A stretch of 64,000 nt of DNA from positions 3,680,001-3,744,000 of the forward strand of contig OY759746.1 of NCBI GenBank assembly GCA_963662795.1. The letters run 5' to 3'. This stretch comes from Spirochaetia bacterium. GTDB lineage: Bacteria; Spirochaetota; Spirochaetia; CADAEX01. The translations under genes were made by a program, and so were the position numbers. This document shows, one piece after another, positions 30,230 to 39,750 of this stretch. The notes below the pieces were generated by a model. The model had not been told where the DNA came from. It made no database searches and saw only the letters and a program-made list of their open reading frames with translations. Numbering within the stretch: position 1 is the first letter of the stretch; each line of letters opens with the position of its first letter.

Positions 30230-30945
30230 GATTTTCTATTACTGTCGGGATGGGGATTCTTTTTAAGCCAGTCAATAAGCCGTTCAGTACTTTCTGTCAA
30301 ACAATCAGTTCCGGTTATATTATCAATTTCAAAGATTCTCTTTATATAAAGATAATCATTCATGGTATCCATGGTTATCCTGCCGTCCGGATATATTGAT
30401 CTGATATCAGCTTCAGGATGATTCAGCTTATACAATGACGGTCTGCGGTAAAGATAAGGAGTAACATGCTCCCTTTCGTACGGATCAGTGGCATTTTTTT
30501 CCGCCTCCAGCAATTTTTCTGATTTTACTATCTCAACCCCGGCGCCCAGAGGCATTCCTGTGAACCAGCTGTGATCCGCATTTTTTTCAATATGCTCTGA
30601 AAGAATAAACTGCGCCTGGCGGTAAAACACCAGTGGATTATCTCCTGTAGCCCTTACAAAGTTAAGAGGAGAGTATTTTTCAACCGCAAGGGCAAATCTT
30701 TTTAAAACATCATCAGCAGGACCCTCCATAATCTCAAATCCGTACTTCTGTGTTTCCTTTTCAAGTATAGCAAAACTGTCGCGGTCGGTGAGAACAACAT
30801 AATTATCTGCCTTTATTCTTTTCAGCCTGATCATGGCCCTGCCGAGCGCCGTTATTCCATTAAGATCAAAAAGAGCTTTGGAAGGGAGCCGCGTTGAACC
30901 GATACGGGCCTGCAGAAAAACAGCTACATTTCCGGATCTGACCAT
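30226..30945 (-). CDS. SpsF-like cytidylyltransferase (CMP-nonulosonate synthetase family)
   Basis: LQARIGSTRLPSKAL, DVLKRF, RATGDNP, REHVTPYL and ITMDT..DY motifs. Confidence 0.9.
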   Translation of the reverse strand: MVRSGNVAVFLQARIGSTRLPSKALFDLNGITALGRAMIRLKRIKADNYVVLTDRDSFAILEKETQKYGFEIMEGPADDVLKRFALAVEKYSPLNFVRATGDNPLVFYRQAQFILSEHIEKNADHSWFTGMPLGAGVEIVKSEKLLEAEKNATDPYEREHVTPYLYRRPSLYKLNHPEADIRSIYPDGRITMDTMNDYLYIKRIFEIDNITGTDCLTESTERLIDWLKKNPHPDSNRKS

Positions 30946-31889
30946 AGTTCTGTTAACCCTCTGCAGTCAAAATTAAAACGGTATTTATTAAGTTCAACCC
31001 ATTTTTTTGCTTCATTAAAATTATTTTTTGCCGTAAAAAAACTTTCACCCGACCTTAACAGATACTGTATAAATTTTGATCCGGGCAGATAACCTGAATC
31101 ACCGTTAAACCTTACTGCAAGATTTTTCAGGTAAAACATCCTGTAATATCTGTCAACAGAGGAATCATCTGTAATAAAATCTGAAGTATAGGCCGACTGA
31201 AGGCTTGTATTGCAGACAATTCTTCCGCCCCACATGTTTACCCTGAACCCGAAATCCATCTTCTGCCAGTACTGGTTCAGGATTGAGTAATCATACCCGC
31301 CGCTGTAAAGAAATTTCTCCCTGTTGTAAATACCGCAATAATCAAACGGGAACAGGGTGATTGCACCGTTTTTTTTGGGAACAGTATAAATAATCTTGAG
31401 ATTCCGTTTTTTAAATGCCGGTATCACTATTGAAGGGACTATTTCGTTTCCTGAAGTTCTCAACACCGGGACAGTACAGATAGATTCTTCATGCTGCAGG
31501 TTTTCAACTAGCCTTACAGATACTGATGATGGAGAAAGTTTCATATTATTCCATACTGTATATACATATTCGCTTTTTGCCTCTTCAAGCCCGAGATTTA
31601 TCTGCTCTCCGGGGCTGCAGCTTTCCTGAAGCAGGAGGAATTTAACAAAAGGGAATTTTCTTGAAATGCTTTCAACATCATAGTTTACACCGGGATTTTC
31701 TATGGATATTACCTCAGCAAAACCAAGGCTTTCAATTTCCTTTAAAAAATCAGTTTTAAATATGGATTTTCCCCTGTTAAGGACAAGAAGAGAAAGGCGT
31801 TCAAAATGTCTTTTCCCTCCGCTTCCTCCGTCCCCGAGGACTGTATAGGGAATCCGCGCCCTTTTAGAAGTTGTAGGTATAGTATTCAT
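30924..31889 (-). CDS. Conserved protein, possibly GT2-like glycosyltransferase fold
   Basis: Likely start is MNTIPTT at 31889; GEQINLG, YNREKF...GGYD...YWQKMDFGFR resemble the C-terminal part of GT-A enzymes; no clear DxD. Confidence 0.55.
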   Translation of the reverse strand: MNTIPTTSKRARIPYTVLGDGGSGGKRHFERLSLLVLNRGKSIFKTDFLKEIESLGFAEVISIENPGVNYDVESISRKFPFVKFLLLQESCSPGEQINLGLEEAKSEYVYTVWNNMKLSPSSVSVRLVENLQHEESICTVPVLRTSGNEIVPSIVIPAFKKRNLKIIYTVPKKNGAITLFPFDYCGIYNREKFLYSGGYDYSILNQYWQKMDFGFRVNMWGGRIVCNTSLQSAYTSDFITDDSSVDRYYRMFYLKNLAVRFNGDSGYLPGSKFIQYLLRSGESFFTAKNNFNEAKKWVELNKYRFNFDCRGLTELWSDPEM

Positions 31890-33423
31890 CACACTTCCCG
31901 CATATTCCTGAATAATTGGATTCCAGTTGTTCAAGATAGTATTTTTCCCCTTCTCTCCATATTTCTTCCATATCGTCTGTAAAGATATTGCCGAGTACTC
32001 TTTCATTTCCAACTTCCTCACGGCACAGAGGAACAGTACCGTCAAGTAAAACCGGCATATCCCTTTTTATATGCCAGCATGGTATCCTGTTAAGAGGAGA
32101 GATGTCTGTTACTTTCCTGTCAGGCAGAAATCCGCAGAAATTATCGTATTTCTGCACTATTACCTTTTTATTATCCTGTTTCCAGGATTTATAGAACTTT
32201 TCAAGGGGTTTCTCATTTTCATGCATTCTTACAGCCTGGATATAGGTAGTTTCAGGAAAATTACTGTTAAGGAGTGCGGAAAACGATAAAGCATCATCAT
32301 ATCCTTCCCCGCGAAGCTGCAAATAAACGCCCCTGTCATCTGTATCCAGAGAAACAATCCAGATAAGCCTGTCCCCGAAAAGTTCTTTTTTACCGGCAAG
32401 GGTTTCAATTATCCCGTTCTTCCACCCGATTGCCGAAGTTTCTATTACAAGAGTCATTTTTTTATTTTCAAGGGTTTTAAGGATAAACTTCTCAATCTGC
32501 GGATGACTTGAGGGCTCTCCCCAGAGGGAAAGAGAGATTACGGCATCTTCCGAGAAACTGCTGATCTTTTCGAGAATCATGCAGTATTTATCATAATCCA
32601 TATAGCTGTTTCCGGAGAGAAGACCCGGATTCATTTTCGGATACGGGCAGTATAAACAGGATTGAAAGCACCTGTCAGTTATCTGGATCGGATAGTAGGC
32701 AGGAAGGGTCCTCAGCATCTGCTGGTCTGCAGAAGTAATGCTATTGATCCTCTTTTCCCCTTTTACGCCGGCTTTTTCAAACCTTTCAAGCATCAGAAAA
32801 TTCCTTTTTGAATCCGCAGTAAGTGATATTCTCAGCATCCTGAGGTCTATCTCTGAAATGTCTGTTTCAATGTCAAAGGAATTAATGTCCCTCTGTATAA
32901 CTGAGAAAACAGTGCCGCGCTCAAGTTTAAGGGGCTCCTTGTCCGAGAGGACTTTAAGCGCATCTGCAATTTCAAACGCGATTATTTCAGGCGTAATTCC
33001 GTAGGGAGCTCCGTCAGCGAAACTGTACTGAGCGCTGTACAGCAGATGATTTTCATACATCCTTTTTGCCGTATTGATATCAAGAAACGGACAATCACCG
33101 TAGATATAAAAGAGATGGCTGCTGCGGTCAGCATTTTTCAGAAAAGCTTCAAAAAGAGAACTTGAATCCCAGGATTCCCTGCTAATTATCGATATTTCAT
33201 GTCCCTGTTTTCCGGCTGGATGATTCAGCATGGATACAGTTTCTGCAAGTTTTTTTTCAATTTTCTCTTTTTCAGATTCACTGCACAGAATGTAAATCTT
33301 ACCGGCAGCCGGCAGCCGGACTGAATAGTTTAAAACAGATTTAAAACTTGTGTTTCCCGACGGCAGATTTTTGAAAATATAATCCGATGCATTGATGCAA
33401 TTGATAAATACTGAATTTTTCAT
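31864..33423 (-). CDS. Spiro-SPASM protein (cytidylyltransferase-like N-terminus + radical SAM + SPASM)
   Basis: GDCPFLD N-terminal motif; intact CxxxCxxC (CFQSCLYC); WGEP; SPASM PCWHI...DGTVPLC...LGNI...CGKC. Confidence 0.88.
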   Translation of the reverse strand: MKNSVFINCINASDYIFKNLPSGNTSFKSVLNYSVRLPAAGKIYILCSESEKEKIEKKLAETVSMLNHPAGKQGHEISIISRESWDSSSLFEAFLKNADRSSHLFYIYGDCPFLDINTAKRMYENHLLYSAQYSFADGAPYGITPEIIAFEIADALKVLSDKEPLKLERGTVFSVIQRDINSFDIETDISEIDLRMLRISLTADSKRNFLMLERFEKAGVKGEKRINSITSADQQMLRTLPAYYPIQITDRCFQSCLYCPYPKMNPGLLSGNSYMDYDKYCMILEKISSFSEDAVISLSLWGEPSSHPQIEKFILKTLENKKMTLVIETSAIGWKNGIIETLAGKKELFGDRLIWIVSLDTDDRGVYLQLRGEGYDDALSFSALLNSNFPETTYIQAVRMHENEKPLEKFYKSWKQDNKKVIVQKYDNFCGFLPDRKVTDISPLNRIPCWHIKRDMPVLLDGTVPLCREEVGNERVLGNIFTDDMEEIWREGEKYYLEQLESNYSGICGKCDEYYTYNF

Positions 33424-33495
33424 ACTATATCATAATATCGTCAATACAGGCCCCGGTGTAAAGTGTTATACCTCCAAACAATAGTTATAAATTGA

Positions 33496-33524
33496 TTGAA
33501 AAAAGCAGTTTAAATCATTACTAT
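33496..33524 (+). promoter_or_regulatory. Sigma70 promoter of xseAB (probably leaderless)
   Basis: TTGAAA-N17-TACTAT, 7 nt before the ATG; no SD. Confidence 0.55.
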
Positions 33525-33531
33525 TGGTTTT

Positions 33532-34797
33532 ATGTTTGATTTAAAAGGAAGATGTCTGAAGGTATTTGAGCTCACATCGCTGATCAAGGAGACACTGGAA
33601 TCGCAATTTTACTCTTTACAGGTCGAAGGGGAAGTTTCAAACTTCAAACCTTCAAGCACAGGGCACTATTATTTCAGTCTGAAAGACAGCAGCTCAATGA
33701 TTTCAGCAGTACTCTTTAAAAATGCAGCCAAAAACCTTTTATATCTTCCGTCAGACGGAGAGCTTGTAAGGGTTACGGGTGATGTTTCAGTTTATCCTCA
33801 GCGGGGAAGCTACCAGATTATCTGCCACACAATCGAGAAAGCGGGAGAAGGAGAAATTCTTGCCCGGCTTGAGAAGCTTAAAAAACTGCTTGCCGCAGAG
33901 GGGCTTTTTGATGAAGCACACAAAAAGAAGCTTCCATTGATACCCAGGAAAATCGGGGTTGTCACCTCCCCGACAGGAGCCGCAATTAAGGATATTTTAA
34001 GAGTGCTTAAACGGCGGAACAACCGTATAAATCTTATTGTACTTCCCGCTCCTGTACAGGGAGAAGATGCGCCCAGGCTGATTGCTACGCAGATCAGGCG
34101 GGCCAACATGCTTAAAATAGCTGATGTCCTTATTGTAGGCCGCGGCGGCGGCTCACTTGAGGATTTGCTTGCTTTTTCATCCGAGGAGGTTGTAAGAGCT
34201 GTATATGAATCAGAAATACCTGTTATATCAGCGGTCGGCCATGAGATTGATGTATCGCTGTCTGATTTTGCCGCGGACCTAAAGGCCCCCACCCCTTCCG
34301 CAGCTGCAGAAATTGTATCTATGGAATCAGACAGGATAAGCACAATTCTCTCAGATGCTGTTGTTTCAATGAGAGGAGCGCTCAGGCGCAAAATGGAAAT
34401 ACTCTCTTTGAGACTCGACAATGCTTCCCCGATTCAGATGGAAAGGCTTATCAAAAGGAATTTAAACCTTGCCAGCCAGCGTCTTGACGACAACAGTGAA
34501 AATATAAAAAGGATAATAACAGATAAACTTAAAATGGCAGGGATGAATCTTGCGCTTATAATAAGCAATCTTAACGCTTCATCGCCGGAAGAGATATTTA
34601 AAAAAGGTTATGCCGCAGTTTTCAATAATTCACGGGACAGGTTTATAAAATCTGCTTTTGAGGCAAATCCGGGCGATGAGATATCAGTACGGTTTTTAAA
34701 AGATATCCTTAAGACCGAGGCAAAATCAGCTTTAAAAATTGATACAGGACAGGAAAGCGGTACAAAGACGGGAACTGAGAGGAAAAAAGGAGATTAA
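33532..34797 (+). CDS. xseA: Exodeoxyribonuclease VII large subunit
   Basis: VEGEVSNF, GHYYFSLKD, GVVTSPTGAA, VGRGGGSLEDL, SAVGHE, APTPSAAAE. Confidence 0.97.
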   Translation: MFDLKGRCLKVFELTSLIKETLESQFYSLQVEGEVSNFKPSSTGHYYFSLKDSSSMISAVLFKNAAKNLLYLPSDGELVRVTGDVSVYPQRGSYQIICHTIEKAGEGEILARLEKLKKLLAAEGLFDEAHKKKLPLIPRKIGVVTSPTGAAIKDILRVLKRRNNRINLIVLPAPVQGEDAPRLIATQIRRANMLKIADVLIVGRGGGSLEDLLAFSSEEVVRAVYESEIPVISAVGHEIDVSLSDFAADLKAPTPSAAAEIVSMESDRISTILSDAVVSMRGALRRKMEILSLRLDNASPIQMERLIKRNLNLASQRLDDNSENIKRIITDKLKMAGMNLALIISNLNASSPEEIFKKGYAAVFNNSRDRFIKSAFEANPGDEISVRFLKDILKTEAKSALKIDTGQESGTKTGTERKKGD

Positions 34798-34799
34798 AA

Positions 34800-35033
34800 A
34801 TGAAAGGTTTTGAAGAAAAACTTACAAGACTTGAAGAGATCAATGAAAAAATGAAAGAAGATGAAGTAACAATAGATAAATCAATGCTCCTTTTTGAGGA
34901 AGGGATTAAAATAGCCAGGGTTCTTCAGAAAGAGCTTGATAAAATGGAGAGAAAGGTCGAGATGCTTATCAATCAGCCTGAAACTCCGGATGAAAAACCT
35001 GTGCTTGAACTTTTCCCTGAGCTTGACAGCTGA
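34800..35033 (+). CDS. xseB: Exodeoxyribonuclease VII small subunit
   Basis: FEEKLTRLEEI...LFEEGI; directly follows xseA. Confidence 0.93.
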   Translation: MKGFEEKLTRLEEINEKMKEDEVTIDKSMLLFEEGIKIARVLQKELDKMERKVEMLINQPETPDEKPVLELFPELDS

Positions 35034-35039
35034 TTACTT

Positions 35040-35522
35040 TCACTGCCCTGAAGGGAAAATAATTTCATCTCCTTCTTTTATCCCTTTCTCTTTAAAATAA
35101 CCCCTGTTTACCTCAAGCGCATATCTAACAAAGTTTTTTGATTCTACAGCGGCAAGTGACTGCGGGCTCATTTCCCTTATTTCCTTGATAATCCCGTCTG
35201 AATTGATAAATGCTATGGACAGCGGTATAACAGTGTTTTTCATCCAGAATGAAAGCTTTCTGTCGCTTTCAAATATAAAGAGCATACCTTTGTCAGGATC
35301 AAGCGATTTTCTGTACATAAGCCCTTTTGCTCTCTCATTTTCAGTCTTTGCGATTTCGACAGTAAGGGCTTTTCCATTAATTGTAATAATCTTTTTTTCA
35401 AGTGTATCAGAAGCATGACAGGAGGAAATGGATGAGATACCAATAATCAAAAAAATTGCTTTTAAATAAAATGAACCGGCGGGGAGATTTTTTTCGGACT
35501 TTTTTTCTGTTTTTTTATTCAT
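35040..35522 (-). CDS. DUF192 family protein (likely lipoprotein)
   Basis: VEIA, R.KGLMYR, GMLFIF, FWMKNT.IPLSIAF, YALEV. Confidence 0.9.
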   Translation of the reverse strand: MNKKTEKKSEKNLPAGSFYLKAIFLIIGISSISSCHASDTLEKKIITINGKALTVEIAKTENERAKGLMYRKSLDPDKGMLFIFESDRKLSFWMKNTVIPLSIAFINSDGIIKEIREMSPQSLAAVESKNFVRYALEVNRGYFKEKGIKEGDEIIFPSGQ

Positions 35523-35595
35523 ATTTTAATTATTTCACCTGCTGTTCAATGGGCTGTCTTTTAAAAGAATCTTACCGGCATTCTGCTGCAAATCA

Positions 35596-36303
35596 TCAAA
35601 ACAGTTTCAGAAATTCTTCTTTGTTTTTACTGCCCCTGTCTTCAACACCTTTGCGCTCTTTTGCAATTTCGTCCAGTGAATTTCTATCCATATATTTGAT
35701 GCTGAGCGGTTTTTCAAGGCTTATAAAAACACCGCTGTTTTCCCAGTATGCTCCCTTCGGATCAAGCCTCGCTGCTTTGCCGTATTTGCCTTCAAGGAGC
35801 ATATGCATTGTATAAAAATCAAGCCTTTCCCTGTTGAAAACAAGAGTTATGATAAATAGTTTTTTATTGTAGAACTGGAAATATCCTTTTTCGATAAAAG
35901 AGTAACCGCGGCTCTCAATAAGCTGCTGATTGACAGAAGCCAGCATAGTTACATCGGGATCTCCCCTGTAATCAAAATAAGAATTTTCTGTCAAAGCTTT
36001 TTTTACATCTTCCATACTCATGCCGAGGGTAATATTCATAAATCCTGCAGGGAGATTTTCCCGAATATCTCCTTTTTTCAGCCCTTCCGCCCCCGATATT
36101 GCCCCGGATACAGGTGAGTCTGCCGGGGAAGCTGCTGACGGAAGTACCTCCGTCCCCGGTTTCATTTCCTGAGCAGAAAGCAGACAGTTCCACGTAATCA
36201 GAAAAATCAGAATCATGAAAAAAAAGCGCTTTAATATCATTAGTTTTATATCGGAATTATTGGTTTTATCTTGAATCAACTCATCCTTCCTTATAACAGC
36301 CAT
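35596..36303 (-). CDS. Exported hypothetical protein
   Basis: Signal-peptide-like segment (start may be 36240), low-complexity linker, then GF.NITLGMS...LEGKYG domain; no function recognised. Confidence 0.7.
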   Translation of the reverse strand: MAVIRKDELIQDKTNNSDIKLMILKRFFFMILIFLITWNCLLSAQEMKPGTEVLPSAASPADSPVSGAISGAEGLKKGDIRENLPAGFMNITLGMSMEDVKKALTENSYFDYRGDPDVTMLASVNQQLIESRGYSFIEKGYFQFYNKKLFIITLVFNRERLDFYTMHMLLEGKYGKAARLDPKGAYWENSGVFISLEKPLSIKYMDRNSLDEIAKERKGVEDRGSKNKEEFLKLF

Positions 36304-36396
36304 ACCCGATGAGAAAGACTTGATTGCAATAAAGGGATATTATAGACTTGTTTTTAAAGAAACGGAAAACTGTTAACAGTTTTAAAGGAGTACATA

Positions 36397-36987
36397 ATGA
36401 AAAATAAAAAAATATTGCTTCAGCGCGCCACCAATGAAACAGATCTGACTGTCGAACTTGACATATCCGGCGACGGGGGAATTGAAATAAAAACACAGCT
36501 TCCTTTTCTCAATCATCTGCTTACTTCAATGGCTTTTCACGGAAATTTTTCACTCAGGGTAAACGGAATCGGCGATGTAGAAGTCGACCCGCACCATCTT
36601 GTCGAGGATGTAGGGCTTGTAATTGGAGATGCTTTTTTCAAGACAATTGAACAATTCGGCCCTGTTATGAGGTTCGGCCATTCTGTAATTCCCATGGATG
36701 AAGCGCTTTCCGAAGTTACGGTTGATGCAAGCGGACGGCCTTACTGCATATACAAGGCAGATTATCCCCAGCCCTATTCCGGAGCATTCAGCATGTCTCT
36801 GTTAAACGAATTTTTCCATGCTTTTACAGTAAAGGCCCAGATTACACTGCATGCAGAGTGCAGATACGGGAAAAACAGCCACCACATGGCAGAATCACTG
36901 TTTAAAGCATTTGGAAAAGCCTTAAGCCAGGCATATCAGCCGGTTAAGGATGGAGCAGGCGTTTTATCGACAAAAGGTAAAATATAA
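36397..36987 (+). CDS. hisB: Imidazoleglycerol-phosphate dehydratase
   Basis: R.TNET, FLNHLL, DPHHLVED, PMDEAL and NSHHMAES.FKA motifs. Confidence 0.97.
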   Translation: MKNKKILLQRATNETDLTVELDISGDGGIEIKTQLPFLNHLLTSMAFHGNFSLRVNGIGDVEVDPHHLVEDVGLVIGDAFFKTIEQFGPVMRFGHSVIPMDEALSEVTVDASGRPYCIYKADYPQPYSGAFSMSLLNEFFHAFTVKAQITLHAECRYGKNSHHMAESLFKAFGKALSQAYQPVKDGAGVLSTKGKI

Positions 36988-37116
36988 CCGTATAAAAAGT
37001 AATCAAGATCATGAATATTGTTATAATTTATTCTTATTATTATCTCTTTACAATTTACTTTATATTATAATAAGTTATATACGTTTAGGTTGTTATTTCT
37101 TCATGGTTGTAATAAA

Positions 37117-37455
37117 ATGAATAAGAAGTTTGATAAAAACGATATTTTAAAAAAGATTCCTGAGAACGGTTTTACAAAACTGACATCTACTGGAAAAAAC
37201 GATTTAAAAACAAGTGACCGAGTTTTTTTAAACAGAAAGGGCAACCAGTTTTTTAATGAGGGGAAAGTTGACGCTGCAAAAAGAATTTTCCTTACTACAG
37301 GGTATTCAGACGGGCTAATAAGAGTCGGCGACTATTATTACGAAAATAACAATTATGTTGAAGCCTTGAAAATGTATACCCTTGCACCATCTACCCGGAA
37401 AAAAGATGAGCTGGTTGAAAAAATCAGCAGCATAATTAAAGACTGGATTAAATGA
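37117..37455 (+). CDS. Small TPR-like hypothetical protein
   Basis: LNRKGNQFFNEG...AKRIFLTTGYSDGLIRVGDYY helical repeat-like sequence; ATG at 37117. Confidence 0.7.
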   Translation: MNKKFDKNDILKKIPENGFTKLTSTGKNDLKTSDRVFLNRKGNQFFNEGKVDAAKRIFLTTGYSDGLIRVGDYYYENNNYVEALKMYTLAPSTRKKDELVEKISSIIKDWIK

Positions 37456-37480
37456 ATACGATTTTAACCGTTTTTTCGAG

Positions 37481-38626
37481 GTGAAATTAATGATTGACAA
37501 AACTGATTTTGAGTTTCTTGATATTCCCGATACAGGACAATCCGATGATGATAACCTTAAGCGGGAAATTTCCGAACTTTCAAAATCGGGATATCAACTT
37601 CTAAAAGACGATAATATTGTTGATGCTGAAGTTACATTCAAAAAAATACTTGAAAAAGATCCGGAAAATAATTACGCGTTTGTGGGGCTCGGCGATGCAG
37701 AGAGAAAAAAAAGAAACTACAGAACTGCAATTGAATACTATCAGAAGTGTCTTGAAAAATATCCTGACAACAATTATGCCCTTTTCGGACTCGCCGATTG
37801 CTATAAATCATTAAACCAGTATAAACTAGCCATAGCAATCTGGGAACAGTACCTCAAACATGACAATAAAAACATAACAGTCCTTACAAGAATAGCTGAT
37901 GCCTACAGGAAAGTGAGGAATTTCTCGAAATCAAAAGAAATTTATTTAAGCGTTCTCGATATGGATGCAGAAAATGCATACGCAATTATCGGACTCGGAC
38001 ATCTTCATTTTGATTTCAGATTTTACGATGATGCACAGTATTACCTGAAAAAAATGCTGGATAAGGATGAAAGAGTTGATATCCGGGTCCTTACAACACT
38101 TGGGAACTGCCATAGAAAACTTAAAACATATGATCAGGGAATCTATTATTTCAAAAAAGCGCTTGAAATGGAAAAAGATAATTTCTATGCATTATTCGGA
38201 ATTGCAAACTGTTACAGAGGCCTCAACATGCATCAGGAAGCGCTTGACAGCTGGCTTCAGATCCTTGAATTTGACGGCAACAATAAGGTTATACTTACAA
38301 GGGCAGGCGATTCTTACCGAAATTTAAAGGAATATGAAAAAGCCGAAGAATATTACAGCAAGGCATTAAATATAGAATTTGATGAATATGCCATACTGGG
38401 GCTTGCCTATATCAACAAAATCAAGGGAAATTACAAAGAAGCAATCGAATCTCTTGAAGCCCTGATAAAGCACGACCCGAAAAATTACAGGCTTTACAGT
38501 GAACTTATCGACTGCTACATACAGGTGAAGGATAAAAAGAGTATTACCGCAATCCTTGCCGAATATCAAAAGAACGGCCTTAAAACTGCCTATATTTTAA
38601 ATATACTTGAAAAACTGAATCTCTGA
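37481..38626 (+). CDS. Tetratricopeptide repeat protein
   Basis: About 10 TPR units (N.YA..GL.D.Y...A...Y.K.L). Confidence 0.92.
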   Translation: MKLMIDKTDFEFLDIPDTGQSDDDNLKREISELSKSGYQLLKDDNIVDAEVTFKKILEKDPENNYAFVGLGDAERKKRNYRTAIEYYQKCLEKYPDNNYALFGLADCYKSLNQYKLAIAIWEQYLKHDNKNITVLTRIADAYRKVRNFSKSKEIYLSVLDMDAENAYAIIGLGHLHFDFRFYDDAQYYLKKMLDKDERVDIRVLTTLGNCHRKLKTYDQGIYYFKKALEMEKDNFYALFGIANCYRGLNMHQEALDSWLQILEFDGNNKVILTRAGDSYRNLKEYEKAEEYYSKALNIEFDEYAILGLAYINKIKGNYKEAIESLEALIKHDPKNYRLYSELIDCYIQVKDKKSITAILAEYQKNGLKTAYILNILEKLNL

Positions 38627-38633
38627 GGAACAG

Positions 38634-39647
38634 ATGAAAATACCTCTGTCAGGACTGCTGCCTGACGAAATTTGTACTATCCTTTCCCTTGATAAATCAT
38701 TCAGGGGGAAGCAGATATTCAAGGCGATATACAGCGGCACAGCAGAATTAAAAGATATTACAACCCTTCCCTCACCCCTGCGTATAAGTTTATCGGAAAA
38801 ATACACACTTCTCAGCTCGTTTCCCGAAAAGATACTTAAGGACGATGACGGTACCGGTAAAATGTCGATTATCCTTTCAGACAGCCTAAAAATTGAATGC
38901 GTCCTTTTGACAGACGGAAAAAACAGAAAAACCGCCTGTATTTCAACACAGGCAGGATGCGCTATGGGCTGTCTTTTCTGCAAGACCGGGGAGGGCGGTT
39001 TTTTCAGAAACCTTACAGCCAATGAAATAACTGAACAGTTTATTCATCTGACAGCGCAGTTCGGTCATATTTCCAACATTGTATTTATGGGGATGGGAGA
39101 GCCGCTTGATAATATCGACAATCTTTTTAAGGCATCAGAAGTTTTAAGCTGCCAGGAGGGAGCAGGTATAAGCCCGAAGAAGATGACAGTATCGACCTGC
39201 GGCCTTGCGGATAAAATAAGGTTTATGGCAGAGAACGGCCCTCCGTTGAGGCTTGCCTTGTCTCTTAATGCCTCAAACCAGGGTAAAAGGGAAAAAATAA
39301 TGCCTATAGCAGGGAAACATCCCCTGAGTGAACTGAAAAGAGCGCTTATCCATTACCAGGAGAAAAGAGGAAAGCGGATAACACTCGAATATGTTCTGAT
39401 AAAAGGATTCAATACTGAAAAAAATGATGCTGAAGCTCTGCAGAACTTTGTAAAAGGGCTTTCCGCGATAGTTAACCTGATACCATGGAATCCGGCACCC
39501 GGCCTTGATTTTAAAACACCATCCAGTGATGAAACCGAAAGATTCTGCCGTTATCTCGATGATTTGAATATCAATTATGCTCTTCGAAGGGAGAAAGGGA
39601 GAACAATAAAAGGGGCATGCGGGCAGCTTGCCTCACAGCAGGACTAA
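38634..39647 (+). CDS. rlmN: 23S rRNA/tRNA m2A methyltransferase RlmN (radical SAM)
   Basis: CISTQAGCAMGCLFC, VFMGMGEPL, TLEYVLI, VNLIPWN, GACGQL. Confidence 0.95.
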   Translation: MKIPLSGLLPDEICTILSLDKSFRGKQIFKAIYSGTAELKDITTLPSPLRISLSEKYTLLSSFPEKILKDDDGTGKMSIILSDSLKIECVLLTDGKNRKTACISTQAGCAMGCLFCKTGEGGFFRNLTANEITEQFIHLTAQFGHISNIVFMGMGEPLDNIDNLFKASEVLSCQEGAGISPKKMTVSTCGLADKIRFMAENGPPLRLALSLNASNQGKREKIMPIAGKHPLSELKRALIHYQEKRGKRITLEYVLIKGFNTEKNDAEALQNFVKGLSAIVNLIPWNPAPGLDFKTPSSDETERFCRYLDDLNINYALRREKGRTIKGACGQLASQQD

Positions 39648-39671
39648 GGATTTCTCAAGGCTCCCGTTTAT

Positions 39672-39701
39672 AAAAAAACCGGAATGAATAAATCACTCCG
39701 G
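39672..39701 (-). terminator. Intrinsic terminator of alaS (between convergent rlmN and alaS)
   Basis: Minus strand CCGGAGTGA-TTTAT-TCATTCCGG followed by a T-run. Confidence 0.65.
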
Positions 39702-39750
39702 CTGTTTTAACAATAATTCGAACGATAGTTCAATAATGATCCTGAAATAT

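Noticed and set aside
31890-32045. 5' extension of the GT-like ORF
   Set aside because: It overlaps the SPASM domain coding region; the ATG at 31889 is the more plausible start
31864-33423. RiPP maturase interpretation of the radical SAM/SPASM gene
   Set aside because: No precursor peptide, RRE domain, peptidase or exporter nearby; the neighbours are nucleotide-sugar enzymes
37481-38626. Repetitive pattern as a possible DNA repeat array
   Set aside because: These are ordinary TPR protein repeats with divergent DNA; no CRISPR-like repeat-spacer structure was seen anywhere in the window
38634-39647. Cfr-type resistance methyltransferase
   Set aside because: Housekeeping context and RlmN-like motifs; nothing points specifically to Cfr, though a phylogeny would be needed to exclude it formally
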